A DNA stretch of 64,000 nt. Source: Octopus vulgaris (Eukaryota). The notes under the pieces were generated by a model that saw nothing but the letters and a program-made list of their open reading frames with translations, was not told the origin of the DNA and ran no database searches. The DNA is taken from assembly GCA_951406725.2 (NCBI GenBank), contig OX597826.1, positions 11,966,001 through 12,030,000 on the forward strand, read 5' to 3'. Both the position numbers and the translations under genes were made by a program. The first letter of the stretch is position 1. The number at the start of each line of letters is the position of its first letter. Shown here piece after piece: positions 26,720 through 41,242 of this stretch.

Positions 26720-28371
26720 CACTCTCTCCCCCTCTATCGTTAAATATTTTTCATACAGGCTGGCGTTCGAAAAAGTAGCCTTGTTTCCGTAGCGTTGTTT
26801 ATACACACGAGAAAGCATCTAACTTTTTTGTTTGCAAGTGTCTTTGTGTTATGTTGACCGCTAGTAAACTCTGAACAAATATGGCGCATTAGTCTCTTGT
26901 TTGCTACGTTATCCTCACTACATTAGTTGATTGTAATATTGTAAGATTGTATTGAGTGAACATATGTAGCCTTTTCAGCAAGATAAGGTACTCAATAACG
27001 GAAAGAGTGGAGATCGTGGAAGCGTATGCGAGAACGGGTTACGTTAAGCAAATACTTGGAAATTTTGCTGTCAAGATTACGGTTAAAGGCTTACCTAAAG
27101 AGAATTATTAATGTTCGTTAAGAAGTGGCGTGCTACGGGGTCAGTGCACAACGTCCCCAAACAGAAAGACGCTACAGTTCGAACGCCGGAAGTTATTTAG
27201 GATTTTCGCCAAAGGATTACTTGAAGTCCAAAGAAATCAACATATAAGTAGGCGCAGCAGTCTCACATAAGCAAGATGTCATGCCAGTGGGTGTTGAAAA
27301 GGCTGAAGTTGAAACCATATCATTCCATATGTCTACAGCAATTAAAAGTGGATGACCGAAGGAAACTAGTAAATTGCTGTGCATGACTTCAGAATAGTAG
27401 TTACAGGCGGTCGAAATAATACAATGCCACTTGCAAACAAAACACTGGGTGCTTTTTGTGTATGTAAATTTATCTCTGTTTTTACAGTTTGCTCCGGAAG
27501 CCGGCCTACTTTTTCGTGCACCTCATTGTATATGCGTGTCTGAATGTATGTGTTTGAGTGTCCCTTAAAAGGACAATCTCTCGAACGAATTTGCTCAATT
27601 TTCGTCTATAATGCTTCACTCTTTAATGCCCGTATACTGCTTAAGGTTTTGCTCAGTGAGGGATTGAAACCGAAAACATCTAGATACAGAGAGAATACTT
27701 ATGTCTCCTCCCAATGAAACGATTTGTAATTAGCGTGCAAGTTAATGAAAAAGCTCTTTTATCATAAAGAGAAAACGCTGAACACATACGTGAGTTAAAA
27801 CCCCATTATAACTATTAAGATCAACCAGTAATAGAGTGTCTATGTGTTGTTTGAACTTCAAGAAATGGCTGCCAAATCTCCCTCAAATTATTCCAATCTA
27901 TTTTGTTTGGTTTGGACGCATAATTTTTTCCGCCTAAGCGAAAGTTGTATTCATTGTAATTTTCCCCATGTTTACTCCACCAAGTAAGAAGTTGACTTCA
28001 CAGCCACATGGCTCCGCGCCCAGTCCCACTGTTTCATACCAAATCACACATATTTCATGCTGTTCAGTCCCTTATATTTCATGCAGAGGCAGCTCGTGCA
28101 ATGGATGCCATTAAACGATATATTCTACCACTTTGTATTTCGTTTCATCTGACATTGAATATATCACACCACTGTTAATTAGGCCGAACCACAAAGAAGC
28201 TAGTAACAGGAGGTATTCTTTCAACTAAGAACACAAACTGGTCAGAAAAGGTATTGCTAAAATTTAATAAATCGTTCAAAATTTTAACAAATCCGCTCAT
28301 CCACTGTATTGCACTTCCTTTTAAAAACATTAATTTTACAACCCTGTACTTGAGTAAATTTAGCGTCTAAT

Positions 28372-28895
28372 CTTATTTCTTTACTACCCACAAGGAGCTA
28401 AACATAGAGGGGACAAACAAGGACAAACAAAGGGATTAAGTCGATTACATCGACCCCAGTGTGTAACTGGTGCTTAATTTATCGATCCCGAAAGGATAAA
28501 AGGCATTAGGACGCAGAACCTAAAGACAGACAAAATACCCATTTCTTTACTACCCACAAGGGGTTAAACACAGAGAGGACAAACAAGGACAGAAAAATAG
28601 ATTAAGTCGATTACATCGACCCCAGTGCGTAACTGGACTTAATGTATCGACTCCGAAAGGATGAAAGGCAAAGTTGACCTCGGCGGAATTTGAACTCAGA
28701 ACGTAACGGCGGACGAAATACCGCTAAGCATTTCGCCCGGCGTGCTAACGTTTCTGCCAGCTCGCCGCCTTATAACGTCTAATCTGCTGCATGAAATTGT
28801 ACAGAGTCGATTATATCGACCCCAGTGCGTAACTGGTAGTTAATTTATCGACCCTGAAAGGATGAAAGGCAAAGTCGACCTCGACGGAATTTGAA
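28372..28895 (-). mobile_element. Cluster of SINE family 2 (duplicated tail, one full copy and one partial copy)
   Basis: TTTCTTTACTACCCACAAGG occurs twice; head CCAGCTCGCCGCCTT at ~28757-28771. Confidence 0.85.
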
Positions 28896-30149
28896 TATGT
28901 CCTGTCTCCAGACTTGCAGGAATTGCAATGGGATTCGAGGATATTTAAGAAAACACAATTACTTTCATCTTACGGCTGCACATATATGGAACTAACGACT
29001 TTATTTTTCTACTATGTCACTGAAGACTATTTTTGAACACATACATTTAGCCTTGCTCGATGCATTAACGATACTTTTGAAAACTTCCGGCATTAAATAT
29101 TCTAAAACCTAATTAAATATTATTCAGTGTTCTGCAATTTTCTTTCCTCAGACTTTTGTACATTACAAGTTTCTCTAGGGAAGCTTTATCATTAATTATA
29201 TGTATCTTGTCTTAATTAGAAAGTTATAATTTAAATGGTTTGTATATTGGGTTTAGCGCACAAACATACTTACACACAGACATTGATTGTTGTATACAAG
29301 AATGTTATGCCTAAACGTATGTAGGTCTTTATTTTAGTATTTATGGATATATATTCCTTATTGATTTATTTGAAACATTCACGAAAGAAATACGGTCAAT
29401 ATGTATGTATATACGTATGTTTTTGTATGTATGTGTATGTATGTATGTATGTATGTGTGTATGTATGTATGCATGCATGCATGTATGTTCGGTCTTTTCA
29501 ACTTTTAATTACTTGAAATTTTCCTGCAAGGAAGGCGCTGATTTCTAACAAAGATACAAGACTTTATCGTCGGAATGCAGATAATGAAAACAAATTCAGA
29601 TATTCACATAATCATTTCTGCAATGATTTCGTTTCGCCAGGCTGTGAGATATATTAAGTTTTTGTAACTTATATAAAAAAAGGCTTCTCTCCGGACGGAA
29701 ACAAACAACTTCTGGCGTTTAAGCAACACTGGTACTGTTAAGCATGTGGTATTTATAATACTCACATTACACAGCTGCTCCTATTGCATAATCTGAATGT
29801 ATATCCTAATGAGATGCAATTGAAAACCAGCAGATAGTTTATACAGAGTCTGTATATTCTTCAGTCTTGCGATTTCGATCTCGCAATACAGCAAAATACA
29901 GTACTTGGTACTCTCGCGATCACTTCTAATGATTTCATTTTCCTAGCACTAGTATATAATGAGATTTTAAAATACGATAGGCATTTAAAGGGATTACTTC
30001 TCGGTCGAAAAACCGCAGGTGCTAGAGTTTAACGAATCCACTTACGTTCAGTTTGTGGTTTTGATAGTATTTTCCTTATAGAATTTCATCAATCATATAT
30101 ACACATATTTACTGCATAATGCTGCAATTCCACAATTGAATAAAATAAA

Positions 30150-32410
30150 TCAGTCCAATGAAACCCGAGACAGAGGAGAAACCCAAGGTAATCAACCTCT
30201 CCCACTTATACTTATCCAACATTAAGATAGACATCCTCTCCAAAGGACTCCAATTCACACCGACACCCCGCAGAGCCAATCGATGTGGACTTAAAGACAG
30301 TGTCTCAGAGTTCTGCAGGAAATTAAGATTTGCTGAGACACCGACCGACTTTGATGATCATGATGAATCAATGGTCAAGAACAAAAGCAAATACACCTCC
30401 CACCAAAGAAAGAAACAAAAGCTTTGATGAATTTTGCAAACACATCGAACACTTTCCCTATCACACCCTGCACCACTCCAAACCTCAACAAAATCCAATG
30501 GAAAGAAATTAATGAACTACAAAACAATAAAGAAATTACATTCAAAGAAGCGGACAAAGGCAGCGCAGTGGTAATTATGGACACATCCTACTACAGAAAT
30601 CTAGTCATGTCCTTACTAAACAACAATGAGTATTATGAAGAGATAAATGACTACAACCCCCCAAAATAATGAAAAACCTCTCGTCACTAATACATACCCA
30701 CGGGAAAGTCCTCACAAAAAAGGAAGTAGATTTTCTAACAAATTTCAAATTCAAACCCAGCCTTTTCTATGGTCCCTCCAAAATCCACAAAAGCCCAACC
30801 ATCAATGAAGCCATCAACAACTCACCACATACATGCATACATACATACATACATACATACACCAACTCTAGGAGACCTACAATTACGACCTATCATAGCT
30901 TGCCCATCCTGTGAGATACACGGGACATTCTCTTGAAGCCATATCTAAAACATATTAGAAGTTACATCAGAGATGATTTAGACATGCTGAACCATCTCCC
31001 AGAACAGGTCGGGGAAGAATCTCTCATGGTCTCCTTCGATGTTACAAGCCTATACTCCAACATTCCACATAATTATGGATTGGAAGCGATTCATTTCTGG
31101 CTAGAACTACACCCAGAGGAAATACCAGAACGAATAAACAAAACTTTCATCATTGAATCAATTAAATAATAATCATTTCATTTTTGACACCAACTGCTAC
31201 TGCTAAATTTCGGGAATTGCGATAGGCACGAGAGCAGCATCTACCATTGGCAACCTCACAATGGGATTCATGGAGAAAAAAATTTATTAGAATTCACTGC
31301 GAAAATTTGGAGACCCTCTCGTCCAATACATTAAAGGGAGTTGGAAGAGATACCTGGATGACTGTTTCATACTCTGGAATAACAACTTCAAACAAACTCC
31401 TAGAATTTAAAACACTTTTGAACAGCATCCACACAAGCATTCAATCCACAATGGAATACAACCAGGAGGCACTTCCATTCCTAGACATTCTAATTAAAAA
31501 AGCAAACAACAACAACATCGAAACAGACATATTTTATAAAACAACAGATGCAAAACAATACCTTCTCTTTAGCTCTTGCCATTCTAGACACACAAAAACA
31601 AACATCCCCTTCAACCTTGCAAGAAGAACCTGCACTATTGTCTCAGAGAGAAAAAACTAGAGATTTAAGACTAAAAGAATTGAAAAACGTCATCCGGGAT
31701 AGACACAACTCAATCCAACTCATTAATGAAGGAATAAAACTGCCAAATCTATCACTGAGACATTAAGAAAAGCCAAAGACATTAACAAACCTCTCCTTAA
31801 AACACTACCCTACATTTCCACATACAACCCCAGAAACAAAGAAGCATTCAGTACAATCATAAAAACCCTACCAAACACTACACAAGGATCCAAAACGAAA
31901 AAGAATTTTACGTGACATTAAAATTGTCAAAAGCAACAAACAACCTAAGTCATTAAAGAAACTGCTAACTAATGCAAATTTATTCCTCTCCTCAACATGC
32001 CCCAAAGCAAAAAAAATGTAATTACTCCAACTGTGGCACATGCCCCGACCTTTTGGAAGGGTCAGAATACTATTTTAAACAAGGGCAACACTTTATAATT
32101 AAATCAAATTTCACTTGTGCATCCGAAAATCTGATCTACGTAATCAGATGCTCGGGCTGCCAGAAAGACTATATCGGTAGCACGGGGAATTCTATCCGTC
32201 AACGTTTTACGGTGCATCGTCAACAGATAGCCTCACCACAAACCGACAAATTTATCTCAGGGAACATATCGACGTATGTACGAAATAAATACAACCTAAA
32301 TTCATTATTTTCCCTCTATATAAATTTGCTGACTGGACTTCTACACAAGCGCCACTCAATAAAGAGACATATTTCATCCCAAAAGACAAACCTGAACTTA
32401 ACACTAGTTC
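30150..32410 (+). pseudogene. Degenerate Penelope-like element (RT + Zn-knuckle + GIY-YIG)
   Basis: LSKGLQFTPTP, FKEADKGSAVVIMD, FYGPSKIHK, SFDVTSLYSNIP, RYLDD (agatacctggatgac), LPFLDI, FYKTTD, CNYSNCGTC, NLIYVIRCSGCQKDYIGSTG; many frameshifts. Confidence 0.92.
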
Positions 32411-32651
32411 GTTATTGTCACTTAATTACTTGATTCCTGGACACCCATTCACATTCAAACCTGAGTCATGACAGGTCCGACATGACTCTTATGAAGAAAG
32501 TATTCATATTTTGGCAATTGCTTTGTCGTTCATTTTCTATTGGGCTGATTTATTAAATTCAGTTGTGGAATAGCAACATATACAAAAAAGTTATATATGT
32601 ATGCCAACTACATCTTTTAGTTATAAATTACTGTTCATACCTATATGTATG

Positions 32652-32704
<53 letters not shown>

Positions 32705-32847
32705 ATACATACATACATACATATATATATATATATCTTGGCCTGCTCGCTTCGTATTGTTTTAACTTGATGGTTAAAACAATGCGAAGTGCATTGTGAC
32801 CAGCGATGTGTAGCAACATCTGATAGCCTGGTCGGTCACGTGATCAT

Positions 32848-32884
<37 letters not shown>

Positions 32885-33705
32885 GTGTATTTATGTGTGC
32901 GTGCGTGTGTGTCTTTGTGTTTGTCTCGTGTTGGTGTGTTTTATGTCCCTGTAACTTAGCAGTTCAGCAAAAACCGAGAGATTAAGTACCAGGATTAACA
33001 AATGATAAGTACTAGGGTCAATTCATTCTACTAAAAAGGTCTTGGTGGTGATGCCCTAGCATGAAACAAGTAGAAGATAAAAGATAAGACATACAAATAT
33101 ATACGTACACTCACACACGCACATGCGAGCACAAACACATAGGCAAACGCATGAATACGCACGCACACACACACACGCATAACACACACGCACGCACACA
33201 CACACAACCAAAATGGCTCAGACGAAAGTAGTATTAATTTTTCCAGGTAGTTCAATTTGCCTCGATTGATCAATAGACCAATTTATTAAAGTAATATACT
33301 TATAGTGACTACTGGGAACAGCTGTAAGCCCAATTTGCTCCAATAAAGTAATGACCATTACGTTAAACTTGTTTCATATATATATATACTTCTAATATAA
33401 GTATAAAAATTTTCTAAAAAGTCTTATCAGTGGCTAGCATATTAAAATACCCTTTATGGAGAAAATTATCAAGAATTATAAATAAGGGCACAAGAAAAAT
33501 AAAAAATATATATAATTTGAAAACTCCACACAAAAGCGCTTATATTTGATATATGATATAATATATATGATGTATAAAAACATGTAATATACAAATAAAT
33601 ATCTGTAAATATAAAACCATCCGAATTTCTGAGTATCTCATTTCTTCTAATATAAAATACCTGTACATCATCTCCAAACCTTCTAATATATATATACACA
33701 TACAT

Positions 33706-33794
<89 letters not shown>

Positions 33795-33867
33795 TAATTA
33801 ATTAACAATTAATAATTATACCAAGTAGTTCGGCATGTTAAAAGAACAATTATCGGTCAACTTAAAC

Positions 33868-34179
33868 ATAAATTCTTATAATTATGAGTATAATTATAAT
33901 TAGGGTTCAGCAAAAAATTTACTTCACCACATACCGAAATTTAGAAATAGCAGCCAAAACTAGCTATTTCTCTATCATAAGAAAATCTCCCAGATAACAA
34001 TACTCAACAACCCACGTAGGCAGCCCTCTTTGCCTACGTAGGTTTTTGAGTATTGATGCCTGCGAGATTTTCTTATGGTTGAGAAATAGCTAGTTTTGGC
34101 TGCTATTTCTAAATTTCGATATATGATGAAACAATTTTTTTGCTGAACCCTATTTATCATTATACTCATAATTATAAGA

Positions 34180-34186
<7 letters not shown>
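33868..34186. repeat. Inverted repeat related to the 562-bp unit
   Basis: TAAATTCTTATAATTATGAGTATAA...GAAATAGCAGCCAAAACTAGCTATTTCTC is mirrored at ~34063-34186; it shares TTTTGGCTGCTATTTCT with 23647-23664. Confidence 0.8.
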
Positions 34187-34244
<58 letters not shown>

Positions 34245-34784
34245 CTTTACCTCTTGGATACTTACCATTGGCTGCACCTCTCTTTCGCGGATCAAAGTGA
34301 CTTTGCATTGATGTGAAATCCTTAAAAAATATACCACGACGTCTACACATTTCTCACCTTGAACTTTCAACCTTGAACTTGTTCGCATAAACTGTCCCGT
34401 TTGTTGTATTTTTATTTCCTCTTATATTACCACTTTTTTTACATTCATTTCATGCTTCCCACATTTTCCTGAATTTTTGTTCTCCTTTCCGTCTTTCTTC
34501 CCTCTCTGGATGTCCATACTCCGTTTCCTCTGCCTGCACCCCCCTTTTTTTGCCTCCCCTCTCTCTGCTTCCCTTCTTTCTTTCCCTTTTCCGTTTGCCC
34601 CGTCTTTTCTGCCCCTATCGCTTACTTATCTAGTTTTTTCATACGATTATTATTTTTTTGTTTTTTTGAACGTTTGTTTTTTCCCCTTTTTTCGCTATCC
34701 TTTTTTTCTATTTTTTTCATACGATAATTTTTGTTTTTTGTTTTTTTTTGTTTTTCGAACGTTTTTTTTTCCCGCTATCCCATC

Positions 34785-37692
34785 ATGCCGGATCCTAGGT
34801 CCTACCTCCTCACCCTCCATCACCGTTTGAAGGATCATCTACGTTCGCTTCCTGTATATTGCCTTCAGCCGTCCGTTAATCTCTCTCTACTTCTTTTTAA
34901 AAAAACCCGCTTCTCTAGCCATGTCTCTTTCCTAAGCCGCTGCCTACATCACCGACTCATCCCTAAAGGTTTCCGCCTCCACTTCCACCCTGCTCTCCAC
35001 TCGGATTCTTCCATCTTACCCATACTCCGCACCACATCTTACCGCCTTATGCGGGCCACCATTCGCTCCAATCTCTCCAAACTACATGCCATCAACCGCC
35101 TTCTTCCTCCTGCTTTCTCCACCTTCTTCTCCTCTCTGCCGCCTCTCTATGCTCCAAACACGCTACGCTTCATTATCCATTTGAATCAACTCTTCCATCA
35201 ATTTCTTTCTGATACCAAACTTCGTAAACTCCAATCACTCTTCCATTCCACCCTACCCGACGCCACTACCCCAACTCCTCCACCACCCTTCTCCCCTCCC
35301 GATAGGCTCCATCCACCCACACCTAACCCCACTGCCCCTCCCTACAACCCCTTCTCCCCTCCCGTTAGGCTCCATCCACCTACACCTAACCCTACTGCCC
35401 CGCCCAACCACCCCCCACACACCTCTCCAATCCCTCCCCCTCAGACCTCCACGAGACCTACCACCCCTCCTACTTCTATTCCATCCACCCCTTCTCCACT
35501 TCCGTCTGTTGTTACCATTCCCCCCGATCTTCCCCTCTCTGCGGCTGAACGCTCCGTCCTTGGTAGGGGTCTGCGTTTCATCCCCCTCACTCCATCCTGT
35601 AAGGAATTCCAGACGCGAGTTGATGTCCACAGCTTTGTGCGCCGTGTCCGGTTGGGTGCGCATTACCACGACTCGCCACCCACACCCAACGAAGAGGACG
35701 ACTGCTTCACTGGCCTGGGCCGCCGACCATCCCCGTGGACGCCTGCCCCTGGCCAGATCCTAGCAGTGGATCTTTTCGCGGGCGCTTGTCAGCGTGCATT
35801 GGAGCGGTTCAACTTCTCCAGGCGCCAACGCCGCCTCAACATCTCCCCGGCTGAGCTCTTGGCTCTTCGTTCCCTCCAACGGCGCGCTGACATTATCATC
35901 AAACCGGCTGACAAGGGTGGAGCTGTAGTGGTGTGGCGCGCGGACCTCTATAGGGCCGAGGCTTTCCGCCAACTCAATGACACCTCCTTCTATTCCCCTC
36001 TGCCCTCTAACCCCACACGTAGCTACCAACAGACGGTATCCTCTACTGTCCAAGACCTCATCTCGTCCTCCCGTCTCCCCCGCACCGCATCCAACCTAAT
36101 TGTGCGAACCCCACGTACCCCCACCATTTACTTCCTCCCCAAAATCCACAAACCCAACAACCCTGGCCGCCCCATCGTCTCCGCCTGTAACTGCCCCACG
36201 GAGCTCATCTCTAAATACCTCGACCGTGTCCTTGCCCCCCTAGTGGCATCTCTTCCCTCCCACATCCACGATACCAACCATGCTCTCCGGCTTTTCAACT
36301 CTTTCTCCTTTCCTCCCGGCTCCTCCAAAATCCTTTTTACTATGGACATCCAAAGCCTCTATACTGTTATCCCTCACCACGAAGGACTGCAGGCCCTTCG
36401 ACACTTTCGTGACCTCCGCTCTAACCCTGTACCTGACACCTCCACACTCATTCGTCTGGCCGAACTTGTCCTTACTCTGAACTGCTTCTCGTTCGCGGGC
36501 GAGTTCTACCATCAGGTCTCGGGAGTGGCCATGGGAACGCGAATGGGCCCCAACTATGCGAACCTGTTCGTTGGCTATGTTGAGGCCCAAATATTCTCTA
36601 ATTTCACTGGTCCCACTCCTGAACTATATGGTCGTTATATTGACGAGATTATCGGTGCCACCTCACTCTCCCGCGAACATCTAGATTCCTTCCTCTCTTT
36701 CGTCCAATCTTTCCATCCAGCCCTCCACTTCACTTCCACTATCTCCAACACCTCTGTCTCCTTCCTCGACATTTCGGTTAGCATTTTCACTCCACTCTTA
36801 CCACCTCCATTCACTACAAACACACAGACTCACACTCCTACCTCAACTTCTCTTCCTCCCACCCAGAACACACCAAGCTTTCCATCCCCTATTCCCAATT
36901 CCTCCGTCTACGTAGGCTCTGTAGTGACGACCATGACTTTGAGACTCAGTCTCAACGTATGGCTCACCACTTCACCCTACGTGGATACCCCCTCACCACT
37001 ATCCACACCGCCCTTGCCAGAGCACGGTCCATGGACCGTGTATCTGCTCTCTCTCCCCGAACCCGCCCTGTAGTCTCCCGCCTCCCTTTTCCCCTCACTT
37101 ACCACCCCACGACCCTACGTCTCCAACGCACCATTCTTCGAGCTTTCCGTCATCTCCAGTCCGACCCGTCCACTTCACACCTCTTCCCTAACCGACCCCT
37201 CCCCTCTTTCAAACGAGCCCACAACCTTCGAGACCTTTTGGTCCATAGCTCCTTCCCTGACCCTACCTCCCAACCCGGCTCGTTCCCCTGCTCCCGCCCA
37301 CGTTGCCGCACTTGCCCTTACCTCTCCAACACCACCCGCCTCACTAGCACCCACCATCGACCCTATCCCATCATCCACTCCTTCACCTGCACCTCCAGCA
37401 ATATTATCTATTGCATCTCTTGCTCCCTCTGCAATTCCTTGTACATCGGACAAACGGGACGCCGCTTGGCTGACCGGTTCGCGGAACACCTTCGTGACAT
37501 CCACCTTGCGAACGACACACCGGTCTCACGCCATTTCCGCTCCACCGGTCACTCCTTGCAACACCTATCTGTGTTCGGTTTGTCCTTACACAGAGGCCAT
37601 CCGGATTCCCGTTTGCGCCGTGAACAGGAATTAATCTTCTCTCTTCGCTCTTATACGCCATTTGGTCTCAACTCTCCCCCCTCCTCATCTAA
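34785..37692 (+). pseudogene. Near-intact Penelope-like element ORF (RT + GIY-YIG, Neptune-type Zn knuckle), frameshift at ~36787
   Basis: ATG at 34785; LGRGLRFIP, IKPADKGGAVVV, YFLPKIHK, GRPIVS, TMDIQSLYTVIP, GVAMGTRMGP, RYIDE; shifted frame HYKHTDSHSYL...FLRLRRLCS; CSRPRCRTC; IIYCISCSLCNSLYIGQTGR, RFAEH, REQELI, GLN. Confidence 0.95.
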
Positions 37693-38541
37693 CCCCCCTC
37701 TCCCCCTCCTCACATATCCTTCCCCCCGACCCCTACTTCTTCAGTCCTTCATCCTTTCACCCCTACTCCCCTTCCCTTCTTCCCTTCTTCCCTCTTTCTC
37801 CCTCCCTCTTCCCCTTCCCTCTGCTCCCTCACTCCCTCTCTCCCCTTCTCTCTCCCCCTCTCCCTCTTTCCTCCTTCATCCCCCTCATCCCCTTCCTTCT
37901 CCCCCATCCTCTCCTCTCCCCCTTCTCCTCCCCCTCTTCTTCCCCTCCCCTTCTCCCCCTCTTCTCCCCCTCCCCCTCTTCTCCTCACTACACCACATGA
38001 CTTTACACATCACATCACATATGATGTGCCATACTAATACACACACCAACTAATACATACTAATACGTACTAATACATACTAGTACATACTAATACTTAC
38101 ACCAACCCTATACATACACACGTCCAGACCCGCATACGCACTTATATACTCTCTCACACACACACACAGACACCTATACATACCAATACGTACTAATACA
38201 TACTAATACATACTAATACATACACCAACCCCATACATACGCACGTCCAGACCAATCTTACGCACTAATACTCTCTCATACACACACACACACACACACG
38301 CACATCCTTATACATACTAATACATACACCAACCCTATACATACACACATCCAGACCCCTCCCACGCACTTTTAGCTGGTCCCTCAACCCGTTTATCAAC
38401 CCTATTATCTCCCCTTATTTCGCTCTCGCGTCTCATGTTTGATCTTTGACCTCTGGCCGAAATCAGATCGCCATGTTGATTCGTTAGCTACTGCACGCAT
38501 TTTTTTCTCTCCTTCTTTCTGTGTTTTTCTCTCTCTGTGTA

Positions 38542-38579
38542 TCTTTCTGTTGAAGAGCGTAGGCTCGAAACGTTAAAGA
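38542..38579 (+). ncRNA. Minimal hammerhead variant in the PLE 3' pLTR, family B
   Basis: TCTTT-CTGTTGA-A-GAGC-GTAG-GCTC-GAAA-CG-TT-AAAGA. Stem III is reduced to the palindrome ACGT, and core position A6 is T. Confidence 0.6.
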
Positions 38580-38676
38580 CTTGTTTTATTTATATTTCCT
38601 GAGCGCCATACTAATACAATTGTTCGTTTGTTTTCCACCTGCCTTCGTCTTTTGTTTATTTTCATAAAGCCTCCCG

Positions 38677-38725
<49 letters not shown>

Positions 38726-38727
<2 letters not shown>

Positions 38728-39000
38728 CATGATCAAGGTGACCGACCAGGCTATCAGATACTGTTACACATCGCTGGTCACTATGCGGTTCGCATTTTTT
38801 TAGCCTTCAAATGACGCCACCCCGCTGGCCAACAGAAGAAAGAGTGTGAGAAAGTTGTGGCGAAAGAGTACAGCAGGGATCGCCACCACCCCCTGCCGGA
38901 GTCTCGTGGAGTTTTAGGTGTTTCCGCCCAATAAACACCCACAACCGCGATCCTACGACCGCGAGTCCGTTGCCCTAACCACTGGACCATTGCACCTCCA
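38726..39000 (-). mobile_element. tRNA-derived SINE family 3
   Basis: Reverse-complement head GGAGGTGCAATGGTCCAGTGGTTAGGGC; tail TGACCAGCGATGTGT shared with ~32797 and ~48162. Confidence 0.75.
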
Positions 39001-39006
39001 TATATA

Positions 39007-39674
<668 letters not shown>

Positions 39675-40294
39675 ACGCTTCCTCTGGCATTGCAATACCT
39701 GTCGGTCTTTCATTTACGAATTGCAGTCTGTTTGTGGAGCGGTAGCGGAGTGCTTGAAACTTATCAACATTGAGTAGCATATTGTTTTTATTAGAGCATA
39801 TATTGCATTCAAATCTTTATATAGTTTTGAGGTATCTTCAGGGTCCTTGACTGCGTGTGATACTTTTGCGTTATCAGCACAGCTCGTAAGTGTAGCTAAG
39901 AGTATGAATGATGGTAGGTCTAACAGCGCCGCAACAAGTAGCAGGGTTCACAGATCACTTCTCTGAGAGATCCCCCGGAATATTCATGTCTCGTCAGAGA
40001 GAGAGAATGCCATTGACTACTATTGCTTAACTCCAACCTCTTGAAAAAAAAACATGCTCCTATTCCTCTAGTTTACCAATGATTCTGCAGAAACGCAGTT
40101 TGTGCCATATCATTCCGTGATAAACTCTCACGAAGGCGTTGACAAAATCGAGGTATATCACATCCACACTTTAACAGCACAGCTACAATTTCAGTAGACA
40201 GCCATAATGCCGTAGTAGTTGTGCGAGGCAGCTTGTTCCTGGACAGAAGCCATGTTGCGTCTTAGTGAGCAAGCCACTATTCATAACACTCTAT

Positions 40295-40606
<312 letters not shown>

Positions 40607-40819
40607 AAATAGATATTGGCGAGCTCGGTGATGTTTACTCGAAAATACTTGGATTTTCAAGCAAAGCAAGTGCCCAGCTTATTCGACACTATACAAAGAG
40701 TATTTGGAAGTAAACTAGTAAACAAGATTTTTGTTAAGTCCGACATGTAACAACGTAATTTTTAAGCATATTTTAGTCATAGAAGTTTGTTTCTTTGGTA
40801 GAATGTAGTTCATCTTTGC

Positions 40820-40851
<32 letters not shown>

Positions 40852-41188
40852 AACTATTTATAAAAACAATAAATCGATATATATACAGGTAGACACACAC
40901 ATAGAAATATACGTACACACACGCACACATACACATATGTAATTCGCATATGTATACACATATGCATTTATTGTATATATATATATATATTTGTATTTTC
41001 ATGTTTGGATTAACTTTATATATATGCATATATACATACACACACACGCATACATATATCCGTCCATCCATACACACATACAAAAATACTCGGTTGATGT
41101 TGAAATTCCAATGAAGGAGCCTTGAATCTAGGTTAGAAACCGGCTCTTTCTCTATTTGCAACAAATCTTGAAATAAAATTGAATAATG

Positions 41189-41242
<54 letters not shown>

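Larger units (their letters stand above)
34240..38677 (+). mobile_element. Full-span Penelope-like element bounded by (TA)n tracts
   Basis: The ORF, pyrimidine-rich UTRs and 3' pLTR lie between two long (TA)n runs. Confidence 0.8.

Noticed and set aside
26900-27450. Less AT-rich, complex stretch suggestive of a decayed coding element
   Set aside because: No ORF of 60 aa or more and no motif I can recognise.
35253-37988. Antisense and alternative-frame ORFs over the PLE
   Set aside because: Shadow ORFs produced by the GC-rich, strand-biased coding sequence.
41105-41150. AGCCT/AGGTT-A-GAAA-CCGG motif
   Set aside because: No CUGANGA core or NUH site can be assigned.
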